From Malacoraja senta (lineage: Eukaryota): 64,000 bases of DNA. The notes under the pieces were generated by a model. It was not told where the DNA came from. It saw nothing but the letters and a program-made list of their open reading frames with translations, and made no database searches. Positions 1 through 12,829 of this stretch are shown here, piece after piece. The stretch spans positions 62,001 to 126,000 of the forward strand of contig JAXLNO010005889.1 in assembly GCA_038087875.1 (NCBI GenBank), read 5' to 3'. Numbering within the stretch: the first letter of the stretch is position 1; the number at the start of each line of letters is the position of its first letter. The translations under genes and the position numbers were made by a program.

Positions 1-1453
1 TGAGATACCCTTAAAGAACAAGTAAATTGCCTCTACTAAACCACCATAAGATAATGATGTTTCTGAAAGCCCCAAAACTGTGGCTTAATTATCATTTATC
101 TGTGGCTATCACATCTGCAGGGAATCCGATTCTACTTTGTTATAAAATCACATATTTATTTAATTTTGGGGGTATTTGTTATATTATTATAGTTAACAAA
201 AGAGAATGGGAGTTTTTTTAGTGCCTTAAAGCTTGCAAAAGATCACCTTTGGATACTTTTTCCGATATCCCATTATGTATAAGTATATTTGACATCAGGA
301 AAAAAATAATTGGAACAAATTTATATAAAGCCACCAGTGCTATTGAAGGAAGCCAAGTTGTGGGTACAAAGACTCACATAAACAAATCAATACAAAAGCA
401 AAATAGTTTGAATGTCACAAATCTAAAATAAGAACAGAGATGCCTAAAAATTAAAGTTGCCCACCTTGTGTTTGGCAGCCAATTGCAAAAATTGAAGATA
501 TCAGTGGAAATCCCAGGACGATCGGCATCCTTATCTAATTTTAGAAAGATTTTCTGTGCATTTCCCATTGGGTCATGCACAGTGACTACTGGGAATCCAG
601 TCGGATCAGCAAAGCATACTCCGCGTGGCAGACACTGCTCAAGGTCGGGAGTGGAGGGAGAGTTTAACGGCACATGGTTCTCTCCACAACAGCCTTTTTA
701 GACGGGAGTCCATGATTGACTACAGTCAGACTGGGGATGAGGCAGAGGCTACAATTATAACCAGTGCTGGGTATGGCAGGCATTGTAATGCAATAACACC
801 CAAAGGAAAATAGTGCTCTAAAATGTAGCAACAATATCCCAGCAGTATCCTATCAACAGTACTTGCATCACACATGACTCATGACTTTAGGAATGATCGA
901 CTCCTCGTTTTATTGTGGCTAAATTATATTCCCGCATGAAGATTTTAAAATTCAATTTCTGTCATTAAAACCAGCCCTGAACATTGTCACCTCATCACAT
1001 GTAGCAAAGACCACGGGCAAACAAAACTTGTGTAACGGTGATGCAGTGCAGGAAGTGTCAAGTCCAATTTCCCAATGGATGGGATTCCTGCTGGAAATGG
1101 GTTCAACCACTTCAAAAACAAAGTCATTTTGGCTTTGATTTATGCATAAAAAGACTAGGCATGAAAGGTTATATTTTCTGTTCGAGTATCTTTGGGAGAG
1201 ACTTCAGGTTTGATTGCTATTCTGTATTCAACTGCATTTTCAATCCAGGGTTCAGCGGGCAAGCTGCTCTGTAATCATCTGTTCAAGTGAAAGCACCAGG
1301 ACATATAATGTTGAATAACATTTGCAGTATTTTCCACTGCGATTGGAATCTAGTACCTATTTGAATCAATTAAATATCGGGGATCTGAGCTTTAAAGAAA
1401 TCATCATCATTAATTAAAAAAGCCCTCATCTGTGTCCACCTATTACTTCAGTG

Positions 1454-1985
1454 GTGTAGGAAGGAACTGCAGATGCTGGTTTAAACAGAAGATAGACACA
1501 AAATGCTGGAAGAACTCAGCAGACAGCCAGCAACTCTGGAGAGAAGGAATGGGTGATGTTTCGGGTCGAGATCCTTCTTCAGATGGGTTGAGACCCTTCT
1601 TCAGACATTCCTATTCCTTTTCTCGTCAAACCAGTCCCAACAGTTCAAAGGCAGACACAAAAAGATGGAGTAATTCAGCGGGTCAGACAGCATCTCTCGG
1701 AGAAAATGAATAGATGACGTTTCGGGTCAAGACCCTTTGCCTTTTCTCTGGAGATGTTGCCTGACCCGCTGAGCTACTCCAGCTTTTTGTGTCTATCTTT
1801 GGTATAAACAAGCATCTGCAGTTCCTTCCTCCACCTATTACCTGCCTGGCTTTGTCCTGCCCCTCCTATCTCCAAACTTTCCCCCCCACAATCATTTCTG
1901 AAGATGGGTCCGGACCCAAAACATCACCCATTCCTTCTCTCCAGAGTTGCTGGCTGCCTCGCTGATTTTTTTTTTGTGTCTTTGG
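1454..1985. repeat. Cluster of PLE-like hammerhead-motif repeats forming a nested palindrome
   Basis: Outer inverted arms around 1527-1561 and 1919-1953 are exact complements. Inner palindrome about 1650-1835. CTGAAGA..GGGTC..GACCC..(G)AAAC motifs on both strands. Confidence 0.75.
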
Positions 1986-2134
1986 ATCGAATTCTGTCTT
2001 TAATTTGTGTATTGGTGATGTCTTTATAATTTATTTTACTCCAATTATATGTTTCTTACTTGTTAAATTCTGTAAGGTGTCCTTGAGACTTTTGAAAGGC
2101 ACCCATAAATAAAATGTATTATTATTATTATTAT

Positions 2135-2572
2135 CCATGTTCTCCAGCGATGCTGCCTGACCCGTTGAGTTACTCCAGCGCTTTGTGTCCCTTTGTATAA
2201 ACCAGCATCTGCAGTTCCTTGTTCCTATCATTAATATATGGTGATTTAGTAGATGTGATTTACATGATTGCTAACGGTATCTAATTCTAATCAATTGCTG
2301 CCAAACAGCAATCTAAACCATGCAGCCGATTTTGAACTAAGATGCAAGTGAAGATAAAATAGATAACAGAAGGAACTTTCAAAAGAAAGTTGAATTTATC
2401 TCCTTGGTAAAGAGTGACTTGCATGACTGTGCAGAATGATCATGGAAATGGGGCTCCATTTCCTCATTGCAATTAAATGGACTGAAGTAGGGTCCCGACC
2501 GAAAACATCACCTATCCATGCCATCCAGAAATGCTGCCTGACCCCCTGAGTTACTCCAGTACTTTGTGATTT
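2135..2572 (+). repeat. Two further PLE-like repeat fragments (about 2135-2225 and 2480-2572)
   Basis: Shared consensus gatgctgcctgacccgctgagttactccagc...ccagcatctgcagttcctt. Confidence 0.7.
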
Positions 2573-4601
2573 ACTCAAGGAAATAGGACAAATTCGTTAC
2601 CTATTAAAATTGGCCAAATAATATCTCATCAATGCTTTGCCAGCAGGAGCAGAATCTGCAATTGATCGCAGACAGCACAAGTTTTAGCTCCGAAGGGACT
2701 TTAAGAGAAATAAATATCTGTATGACATTGAATTAATAATTTGTGCAAAAGCATGAACATCAAGATAACCCATGAGAAGCTTGTTAGTAAAAGGCTTTCA
2801 TTTCCTCTGTGTACTTTTTTATTGGTTCATTAGTCTGCATTAAGTTCTCATCTACATTAATTTAACATGGTAATTGTTGTATATGGAAAATAACACATAT
2901 ATTAACCAATGTATCTAAAAATAACAAAGAAGAAATTGAACTGTATTGTGTGTCAATTTCCCTGGTTCTGCAGGACGACTTTAATGAAATCCAACTGTGC
3001 ATCTTTCAATTTAAGAATCTGCAGTTCTGTAATGATATAAATCTGCTTTTCACTCACTATCTGAAAGTTAAAGCGGTTCTGAATTTTCTTTAGTTGAAGA
3101 TTATTATTCCCACTTTAATTCTGTTTCAATGTTATTTTTAAATTAGCACTCTTAATAAGATCTGCTGTCTCGAAAGCTGTTCATTCACCACAGCCAACAT
3201 GGGAGGGAAGATTTAATTTCTGTGCCCTGTGCAATAAAACTTTTCTCATAAGCAGGTTTACAATTTAGTTGCACATGCCGCAGAGGAAATCATCCTCAAC
3301 GTGTTATGAGTGTTGGTCGATGTCGTTATTACAGGAACATCTTTACAAAGAGAAAATTTAATTTTGCAGGAAAATAATTCTGGATTTCATGCAGGCAGCC
3401 TTCAATGTCTTTGATTTAGAAGCACTGAGGTATGTCAGTCATAGTGGATTCAGAGTCCTTTACACTCTACGTGATCTACTAGCAAGCAGAGTTGGAGTGA
3501 GATGTCTGAGCATAATTTCCCACAGGTTTCTTCATCTCTGTTGAAGTATTTGTGTTTATATTTGATTTACTTTCGCTGAAATCCTTTTTTTTCTTTAATA
3601 ACATTTCTGTTCTTGTTTCTGCATTCCTGTTCATGCTGAAATGACGGTGGATATTCACACCTCACTCCACCCTGGATCTACGGTGAAAGCTGGAGAAGTG
3701 GCTGGTTACCTCCAGATAACAGCCCCGTCTCATGTCAGAGTTTTCAATTTGGTCCAATCGTTATCAATGAGAGTTTTACGAGAAGAGTGACTTCTACAGC
3801 AAAGGCTTTCAGTCTAATTTCACAGTTGACTGAATGCTGCCTGCACACTTCCTCTCATTTGTCAAGGTTATATTCTGCCACCATTTGTTCAGGTGGCTAC
3901 AGGAATTTAGATGAGGGTTTCTGCTCGTTATGAATTGTATTTCCTTCTAGCTCCTTTGCAGCTGGAGTTAGGGTGATTTAGAAAGTTATTGAGACTTTTT
4001 TTTCCGAATTGGTAGGTATGCCTGCCTAATTAATTTACACACTGAGCCATAACCGTAACATCATCAGCATTTTGTATTTAAAGGAGAACTACAATCCAAT
4101 TGTACGCAAATCTATCCAGGCACTAGCGTGCGCCTGTTGTGACAAATAGGATGGATCCAACATGTTTTTAACAGGAACACTGAGGTTGTGAATATCATAG
4201 TCACTTTGTTAAGGTTCATTTATGTCTTGTGTTAGAATTGAAAGTTCTTGCCAAATTTGTCAGTTGTGTGCTATTGGACTCTATAGAGAAAGCTATTTTA
4301 CATCACTTCCTTTTTAGCAGTTAGCAACTAAAAAAATGAAACAACAGATTTACGTGTCCTAACTCTTTTTTCTTGCACCCCCTAGTTTTTAAATCCATCA
4401 AAATAATTTGGAGAACTAAGAGGGAAATTCGGGAAACAAGCCAAATGATGATCACAATAGGCTATTCTGCCATAGATGCAGTCATTCCTTATTACAATTA
4501 ATCTCTGTGTCTTCACCTGTGATGAACTGTTGTCTATTCATGTTATTTGCAGTGTTAAAGGAAGCCTTATCTCAGTACATGTGACCCAAATGTTGGAGTC
4601 A

Positions 4602-5198
4602 AGGCTCTGTCTCACGGTGTTGCGGTCATTGGCGGTGAAGCGCGGCGTCGCCGGAAGCGTGGACCGCACGTCAACCGCGAGAGCGCCGAGCCTATGCCGC
4701 GGGAGCGCCGCACGGATGCTGTGCGGGGGCCGAGTGATCTCAGTACGGCCGTTCCCACGAGCTTGCGGTGTTATCGAAATTTGCTTTCTAAAAGACAAGT
4801 GGGGCTGTGGCGGCGGTAGTGCTGAATCATGGTGCTGTGGCGGCGCCCGTGCCGCACACGTGCCTCACTGGTGGAGGCTGTGGCGGTGACCGTGCCGCAC
4901 TCGTGCCTCACTGGTGGCGGCTGTGGCGGTGAGAGTTCCACTCACGGCGCTCGTGCCGCACTGGCGGCGGCTGTGGCGGTGACCGTGCCGCACTCGTGCC
5001 TCACTGGCGGCGGCTGCTGTGCGGTAAGAAATTATTTTTAAACAGTGCTGACTTTTTGTGAGCACCGTGCGGTGTTGGGACCAACGCCGCACGGCCTCGG
5101 CGGTGGGCGTTTGACCGAACCCGCGGTCTCTGGCGGTCCACGAGCGGTAGATACTTCCTGTATCGCTGCCAATGACCGCAGACTCGTGAGACAGGCCT
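4602..5198. mobile_element. GC-rich non-autonomous TIR element (MITE, PIF/Harbinger-like ends) with ~43-bp internal tandem repeat
   Basis: Left AGGCTCTGTCTCACGGTGTTGCGGTCATTGGC versus reverse complement of right end AGGCCTGTCTCACGAGTCTGCGGTCATTGGC. About 4 copies of ggctgtggcggtgaccgtgccgcactcgtgcctcactggtggc at about 4833-5017. Confidence 0.8.
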
Positions 5199-5329
5199 TC
5201 CTCTTCATCTTTCCATCCAGTCATCCCCACAGATCATCGGTTTAATGGTTATTTTGGATTTCCACACCCTTCCTCTCACGATGTGACATTCCGTGTTGTG
5301 CGGTAGTGTCATGACCCAAACACCAACAC

Positions 5330-5456
5330 GTCTGAAGAAGGGTCTCGACACGTCACCCATTCCATCTCTCCAGAGATGCTGCCATTCCCAGTGAGTTACT
5401 CCAGCTTTTTGTGTCTATCTTCGGTTTAAACCAGCATCTGCAGTTCCTTCCTACAC
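5330..5456 (+). repeat. PLE-like hammerhead-motif repeat (core partly deleted)
   Basis: tctgaagaagggtctcgac-acgtcacccattcc...gcatctgcagttccttcctacac. Confidence 0.75.
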
Positions 5457-6779
5457 ATTGTGTCCATGTGGTGCACTAATGACATGGCCCTGGCACCAAC
5501 ATGTGGCCACTTGTTTTCTCTTCAAGCACAGTTGCCAATTCAAGCCACACACACATTAGATAATCTTTCATTTCTTAAGTTTAATTCAACTTCCAGAATA
5601 ATCCCTCAGCCCCCTTCATGTAATATAAAAATAAATCAATTTGAATTGTGCTGATTTTCTGCAATAGACATTGTTACACAAACGTCCTTGGGAACTCAAC
5701 TTGATCAGGCAGGTTGATTAATCTCATTACCTTGTGCAGCAAGGTTACGCTGAAAGAAGGCACACGTACAGTGTTGCAATTAACAAGAAAATACAGGGCC
5801 TAATCATTGTAATATTCAATATACACGATTGCCAAGTTGCTTCTGTAAGTACAGGATTAAACCGCAACAGAGAATGGAATACGGTTGCCAAATTTTCATA
5901 ACCTAATCTTCAATAAAATACTTGTCAGGTAGTACAGTTGGTACAAATAAATGTAGTCAAACCCATGGTATCCCACAGAGCTATTGCCTAATTGGAGACC
6001 CGAGATCTGAAATGTCACCCATTCCTTCTATCCAGAGATGCTGTCTGTCCCACTGAGTTACTCCAGCATTTTGTGCCTATTAAAAGCGAATCATTCTGGC
6101 CACTGCTACTGCCTTTTTGTCACAAGCATGTGGTAGCAGGTCCAACACATCACCCTACAGAGAGAAGATAACCTGGAAACTCCCTCAGCAAGAGGAAGTG
6201 AACTAGTCTTTAGTAAAAATATCCCATCAGCCAAAAGATCCCCCCGCTCCCCCCCCCCCCCCCCTACTGTATCTGACTAGCAGAAATGGTTCAAAGTTGT
6301 AATCAATTCGTCACTTCATGCACCATTTATACCTCTGTGACAGTAAAAACAGAAAATGCTGGAGATACTCAGCAGGTCAGGCCTTGTCTATGGGAAGAAA
6401 AGCAGAGCTGTGTTTCAAGTTGAATCCTGTCTTGGGCCTTTGCAACCAATTTCATAACCATGGTTGAAAAGGTGAGCAGAATTGTCAATGAATCCCTTTG
6501 CGCCTCATATTTGCTTTGTAGTTGTGAATTCCCTGTTTATTTTTCTTCGCATACTGTTGGGACATAAGAAGCTGATGTTTGATTAGATGTGCTATTCTCT
6601 GCACAGGCCGACCGTAAATTAAAATTAAAACACACATATGCACACAATCAATGATTGTAATGCCAGTGATCATGATTCTAACACCCAGCCATGTAAAGTA
6701 AGTGATTTTAATTTAATTTTAAGTGCATAATAGTTCTGCTAATGGAAGTGGAAAATAGAAACATAACAAGCAAAATAAA

Positions 6780-7220
6780 TAAGCCAAATGTAGAAGCTCT
6801 CTACCTAAATGCATCTACACTACATCTGCATCAAGGTGCATGAATTAATGGCACAAATAGTAATAAATAAGTATGATCTGATTGCAATTGCAAAAACAAG
6901 GCAGGAGATGACTAAAACTGGGAACTAAATATTCCCGGGCATGCAACATTTGGGAAGGACAAGCAACAAGCAAGAGTGTTGGAATAGGAATGGCATCAGT
7001 GCAATGGATGGATTGGATCTTTTCTCAACAGATAGTCATCTCAAATTCAAACCAGTTTGGGTGAAGCTAAGGTGTAATATGGAACAGGAATCATGAGTGG
7101 AGCCTAATTAAAGGCTTCTGAATAATAATAGTGATATAAAGCATTGATATAAATGAAGACATCTGAGGTGCGTGTAGTAGAGTGAATATACTAATCAGGT
7201 GAGACTTTAATCTTCATATA
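6780..7220 (+). mobile_element. Degenerate CR1-type LINE endonuclease region
   Basis: Broken reading frames resembling LYLNA..I..KVHELMAQI...YDLIAI..W.LNIPG..F.KD and GDFNL. Confidence 0.6.
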
Positions 7221-8511
7221 CAGATCCTCACCAGGTTAGGAACACTCATCTTATGTGCAGCCCATACATATGAACTCGCATTTGGGAGACCAGTGGGATG
7301 GGTTTGGGCTGCAGAGAGGGTAGTGCATCCCAAGATTTCTCTATCCTTATTTCTCAGTATGTGATTGCACTCACAGCAGAGGTGAATAAGTTCCGGATAT
7401 TGAAGGAATCAGCAGACCAGGAAGAGGATGGCATTGAGATGGAAGATCAGCCTTAAAGTTGATGAATGGCAGGGCAGAGATGAGAGACTGATGGCTTACT
7501 CCTCCTATTTCTTTTTCTCATGTACTATGTTGGGCCACAGGTGATTCAATGAATGGCCTGAGTATATTGAATCTCCACAATACACCTCTGCCTAGTCACC
7601 CAACAACTCCCAAGCAGTAAATGGCATGTGTTACATTTAAACTGGAAGGGATTACAAACCACGGAGAAAGGCAAGAGAAGGAAAATTATGTGAGGAGGCT
7701 CTGAAAGGATTTGAGATTAAAAATGTGAAGTGTGAACCATGTTGGGAGCTACTGTGAGTCAGGTAGGAATATGTAATAAAGGAGTGAGAAATATAAGGCC
7801 ACTTGGATGATGTACATACCAGTGGAGCTGTACCGAAGGAAAAGACAGCAGATGAAGAGACAATGTTTCCTTTTGTAAATGATGCAGATTCACACTGCAT
7901 CAAGAAAAGTTCCTGCACAGATAGCAGCCTGGTGTTAATAAAACTGTGTTAACTACATTTTCTGAATGATGTGCTCCAGAAAACAAAGACAGCTGTAAAT
8001 TCAACAAGGGTGTAAAGCTCCCTTTATTGGCCACGCTTGAGTCCTTGGGTATCTCGTACCTTGTTAAACTGTGAATGATGTGATGACGTTGCATTTGACT
8101 GGTGCTTTCAGTTGTTTAATTACCAAAGACTCGAAATTTGTACTATTCCCTTTGAGCAACATCCATAATGTATGTATTTATTTCAATTCTACACTAATCC
8201 AAATATGTGTTTCATTAACCAAGCAGAAGAAAAATTAAAATGACACTACAAACAAAGATTAAGATTGAAGTCACTGAGTTCCAGACCAAGTGCAGCTTTG
8301 TCTTGGTGGAGGAGTGTTCATTGACTCAGTGGTGGTCAAATAGAAGATCACATTTGTCAAGCTGATTTAATGCCAAGCTTCCTTCAAACAACCTTGTTGC
8401 TGAGACATCACTGGGCTGCAACTGCACGATTTAATCAAAGCCACTCAAATCTCCCAAGTGCAGTACTCATTACTTTCAATGCCTACCTATTGTGAAATCC
8501 AGATACCATAA

Positions 8512-8866
8512 GTGGCACAATGGCACTGCACGCAGAGTTGCTGCCATTACACTTTCAGTGGCCTAGGTTCAATCCTGACCTCTGGTGCTGCTTTTCTGTG
8601 CCGTTTGTATGTTCCCCATGTGCCCACGTGAGTTTGCTTCTGGTGCTCCGGTTTCCTCCTACACGCCGAATACCTGCAGGTTAGCAGGTTAATTGCTCAG
8701 TGCAGATATCCCCTGCTGTATGGGCAAATGTTAGAATCTGGGGAGAGCTGATGGAACTTTGGAAAGAATAAAATGGGGTTAGTGTAGGATTATGTAAAAA
8801 TCCAAGTGTGTTGGGCAGTGTAGATTCAGCTGCCTGGAGAGCCTCTTTCTGCGCTGTATTAGTCCA
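8512..8866 (+). mobile_element. HE1-like tRNA-derived V-SINE (older copy)
   Basis: A/B-box-like head (gtggcacaatgg, ggttcaatcc) and V-domain ggtgctccggtttcctcc. Confidence 0.75.
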
Positions 8867-9234
8867 CGACGCCAAGAAAGATCAACCTGAGTGAAACTCG
8901 CATGGAACTCCCAGTCATACACTGGCCACTGTTCAAAATGAACAGGCTGGGCAGAAATGACTGTACCAGGCTCTGTGCTGGAGATCACACAATGATGGGA
9001 TGATTGCTGGGATGAGTTGTTGAACTATAAGCAACAATTGAGTAGGATAGACTTGGACCAACCAAACCCAGAAGACTAAGACTAAGATCACCTATCTCGT
9101 TGAAACATTGAGTTCCTTTGAGGAATTGATGGGGAAACCCTGTAACTCTGTTACTGGAGGTCACTGAAGTCTCCAGAAGTAATAGGACAGAAAGTTTAAG
9201 AAGGGATAAGAGTTTAAAGTCAGGCAAAAAGGGG

Positions 9235-9510
9235 ACCAATGTGAGAAGAGGGGTAGTGAATGCTGAACTATATTTGAATGAATGCAGTATACAGGATAAA
9301 GTGGATGAGATTATAGCACAGTTAGAAATTGGTAGGCACAACGTTGTGGGCATCCGGGAGCCGTGGCTGGAAGAGGATCAGAGTTGGGAGCTGAATATCC
9401 ATAGTTGCACATACTATCAAAAAGGCAGACAGGTGAGGAGAAGAGGTGGAGTAGCTCTGCGGGTTAAGAATGAAATTCAGTCCAGAGCAAGGATGACATA
9501 GGATCTGAAG
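9235..9510 (+). mobile_element. CR1-type LINE APE endonuclease fragment
   Basis: ORF 9241-9501 LYLNECSIQDKVDEIIAQLEIGRHNVVGIREPWL...RRGGVALRVK. Confidence 0.75.
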
Positions 9511-9579
9511 GCTACTCCAACAGGGAGCATGTGTTCTCTTCCACCATCCAAGGAGAATAAGGGCAGGATATTAGATCAT

Positions 9580-9895
9580 CATAAAATATAGAACAGTACA
9601 GCACGAGAACAGCACCTCTGGCCCACTGTCTGTGCCCAACATGATGGCAAGTTAAACTAATCTACTCTGCTTGCATGTGATCTATATCCCTCCATTCCCT
9701 ACATATCCATGTGTCTATCTAAAAGCCTCTTAAATACTATTATCATATCTGCCTCCACCACCACCCCTGGCAGTGGGTTCTTTGCACTCACCACCCTCTA
9801 TGTAAAAACACTTGCCTCGCATATCTTCTTTCAACATTCCCTCTGACATAAAAGCTAAGTCTTTGACATTTCCAACATGAGAAAATGGTTCTGAC
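9580..9895 (-). mobile_element. CR1/HER1-type LINE 3' end
   Basis: Reverse complement resembles the CR1 3' end at about 13250-13575. Confidence 0.7.
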
Positions 9896-10364
9896 AATGA
9901 GTCCTACTTGCACTCTCACTTGCAGGTTCTCATTCAAGTCATGCTTTACATATTTGGAAAGATACTGTATATCACCATTCCTTTATTGTGGCTGGGTGTA
10001 ACTGTTGGGAAGATCCTATCTAATAGCATGGTGGGACTACCTTACTAACAAGACTGCAGAGGTTCCTGAAGGTGTTGCCACCTCCCCTGGAGCAATAAAA
10101 GAAGGGCATTATATGCAGCCCGTGCCAGTAATGTTTGCATTGCAAAAAATCAATTATAAAATCATGGTTCCTCAAGTCTGCTCTGCCATTTTATAAAACA
10201 TTGGTTAATTTTCCATCTCAATCACTTCCACCCACCACCATATCAAAAGCAAATTATAGCATAAGAAATCGGAACAGGAACAGGAGTGATCCACATGTTA
10301 TTAAGATCGTGGCTTATCTTCTACTTCAGCCTCATTTTCCTGCACTATCCCAATCCAGTCATCT

Positions 10365-10800
10365 ATGAATCTCTGCATTGGTCTCGCCGCTGTACAGGAA
10401 GCCACATCGGGAACATCAGATGCAGTAGATTAGGTCAGAGGAGGTGCATGTGAACCTCTGTCTCACCTGGAGGGACTGCTTGAGTCCCTGTTTGGAGGTG
10501 AGGGAGGAAGTAAAATGACAAGTGTTGCATCTCTTGTCATTGCAGGGAAAAGTACTTTGGTTGGGGGTGGTTTGGGATGGGAAAGGATAAGTGAGCCAAG
10601 TTGCAGAGGGAACGGTCTCTGTGGAAGGTATAAAGGGGTGGGGATAGAAATGTTGGAGAATGATATGTTGGACGCGGAGGCTGGTGAGATGAAAGGCGAG
10701 GACCAGAGGATCTCTATCCATGTTGCATCTGGGGGGGAGTGAGAGAGAGAGTACAACTGTGGGGCACAGAGGAGACCCGGGTAAAAGATCCATCTAGGAC
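10365..10800 (-). mobile_element. Penelope-like element fragment (Zn-knuckle linker and start of GIY-YIG endonuclease)
   Basis: ORF 10416-10793: PLVLAFH...FPCNDKRCNTC...QVRQRFTCTSSDLIYCI, the CxxxRCxxC and FTCxSxxxIYCI signature of PLE ORFs. Confidence 0.8.
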
Positions 10801-11679
10801 ATATATGTGGCATATATGGACAATTCTCCGTGTTGTTCTGTTGATGCTGCTGTTGTAAAGGCACAACTTGGCTTGAGCTGCAGCTATTTTGGAAATCAGT
10901 TCTTCATACATGCATTAGTTATCGCCTAGTTCCAGAATCCTGCCTTTGTTGCATCCATTTTCTGATGTCACATGGAGTGAATTGATGACTGTGATGGTGA
11001 AGAATCCAGGAGGAAGGCAAGATGGATCATGCCCAATCCATTTCTGGCTAAACATGGCAGCAAATGATTCAGTGTTGTCGCTGCTGAGGGTGGAGATATA
11101 TATGGAACTTCCTCCTTCCAATAATTGCTCAATTGCATGGTTTATTTCTTCACAATTAATAAGCAAGTGTTCAAAAGAAACTTGAAAATATAGTATTTTA
11201 ACATCCTCCAATTTTCTTTCCTTAGGCCGCTTTGATCAACTTACTGGAAATTAATCCTTATTCCTGAAAATGCCAAAAATAACCTCCACAATCTGCATGG
11301 GTTAGGTTTTCACAATTCACATCCTAACCTGATGAAAACATACTTATGAAAATTATTCCCAGAGCATTATTTTTCATGTGGACTCGAGCTGATTTTCTTA
11401 CCACACTGATCTCTTGTAAATGACTCATTTCCATTTTATTCTGGAATACTTTGATTGCAAAGTTTATCTGGTAGCTTTGATTAGCAAATATTGCTAATGG
11501 TAACTCAATATTGTCTGTACAGGGTAAAACAGTACTAGAAAATATACAGCTGCAATGCCTGGAAAAGATCATTAGGGTCAAAAAGATTATTCCTAATCTT
11601 ATCCGTAATCCCTACAGTAGGTTTTCTCGTGCAATGAAGCTACTTATCTTCGAAACCCAAACATACTGACTGCTCAGAA

Positions 11680-11805
11680 ACATGGAATTGCAGATGATGG
11701 TTTACAAAAAAAGATACAAAGTGCAGAGGAACTCTGCAGATGAGGCGGCATCTCTGGATAACATGGATGGGTGACGTTTTGGACTGGGACCCTCCTTCAG
11801 ACTGT
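11680..11805 (-). repeat. PLE-like hammerhead-motif repeat (degenerate)
   Basis: ggaattgcagatg...gcatctctgg...ggtgacgttttggactgggaccctccttcagac. Confidence 0.7.
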
Positions 11806-12072
11806 CTGATTCATAGGCTTACTCTGTTGTTATTCTGCAAGTCGTATGACTCTCGGAGGAAAAGTTCTCTGTACATTCCTATTGCAATTAACACATTTCT
11901 TCTTTTACTTCCTAGTTAATTGAGGGAATGCATTTCTTGGTTTGTTAATAAGGGATCTGGAAAGCAGAGAATATTATAATGGAATTGCGTGATGTTGCAA
12001 TTAAAGGTTTTGCAGATTAGATAAACTCTGTGACTGTGCGATGTAAATGTTCACTTTTCTTTTTCTCAACAG

Positions 12073-12196
12073 GCACAAGTCCACATGCTCCAAACAATGT
12101 TCGAGTGACAGCCACAATGACCTCTGCTAATGCCACCTGGGACCCCGGTTACGATGGTGGTTATGAGCAGACATTCACAGTCTGGTATGGCCCTGT
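12073..12196 (+). CDS. IGSF9B: IGSF9B exon, N-terminal half of first FN3 domain (alternative donor after 12184)
   Basis: Polypyrimidine tract and AG at 12071-72. Translates (G)TSPHAPNNVRVTATMTSANATWDPGYDGGYEQTFTVW[YGPV], matching the recalled IGSF9B FN3-1 start. Donors GTATGG (12185) and GTGAGT (12197) are both phase 2, compatible with the next exon. Confidence 0.93.
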
Positions 12197-12829
12197 GTGA
12201 GTCATCCCAGCATGCTTTGCTTTCCACCCTTTCTCTCTCAGTTCTCTGCTTACAATGAATGTTCTTTATGCATTAGGCTTCCAGTAATGATTTGCTCTGC
12301 TGTTATTGCTTGCCAGTTGCATAGCTGCAGGCTGCTGATTTGGAGCAAGCAGGCTCTGCTGGCTCAATAGTTTTTGGGCTTCCTGCCTTGACATTTCATT
12401 TGTCTTTTATCATTCCTTTCTGGTTGAGCTGTCCTGCTATGCTTGCAGTAGAGTGCAGCTTCTTAACCCATAACAATGAAACTATCCAGACTTATTGCGA
12501 CCTGCAATCAGTAACTATTATCCCAGTCGTCTTAACTAAACTCAAGGCTTGCCTTGGAGGTAAAATGCTAATGCCTTGGTGAAAATTCCTAATTCACTTA
12601 ATTAACCCTTTTATGCAAATTTACTGCTTGATAATCCAGTGCAATAGAGTCCAATACCACCCTGCAACACATTAAAATAGTGGTGCCATTTGGTATTGTT
12701 TGCCTTAACAGACCACAGTTGAATGATGTAAAGAGTTAGCATTCAGACAGAGCAAGCTATTTATTCCTATAATATCATGTGGTTGATCGCTCCTGTTACT
12801 GGCTAGAGATACCAATTAAACATTTGAAA

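Noticed and set aside
4833-5017. CRISPR-like repeat array
   Set aside because: Tandem units without unique spacers, inside a TIR element in a eukaryotic intron.
6241-6264. Poly-C and poly-G runs (also near 19670 and 53278)
   Set aside because: Simple homopolymers with no supporting context.
1-12072. Upstream Ig-domain exons of IGSF9B
   Set aside because: No Ig-like translation found by eye; they probably lie upstream of the window.
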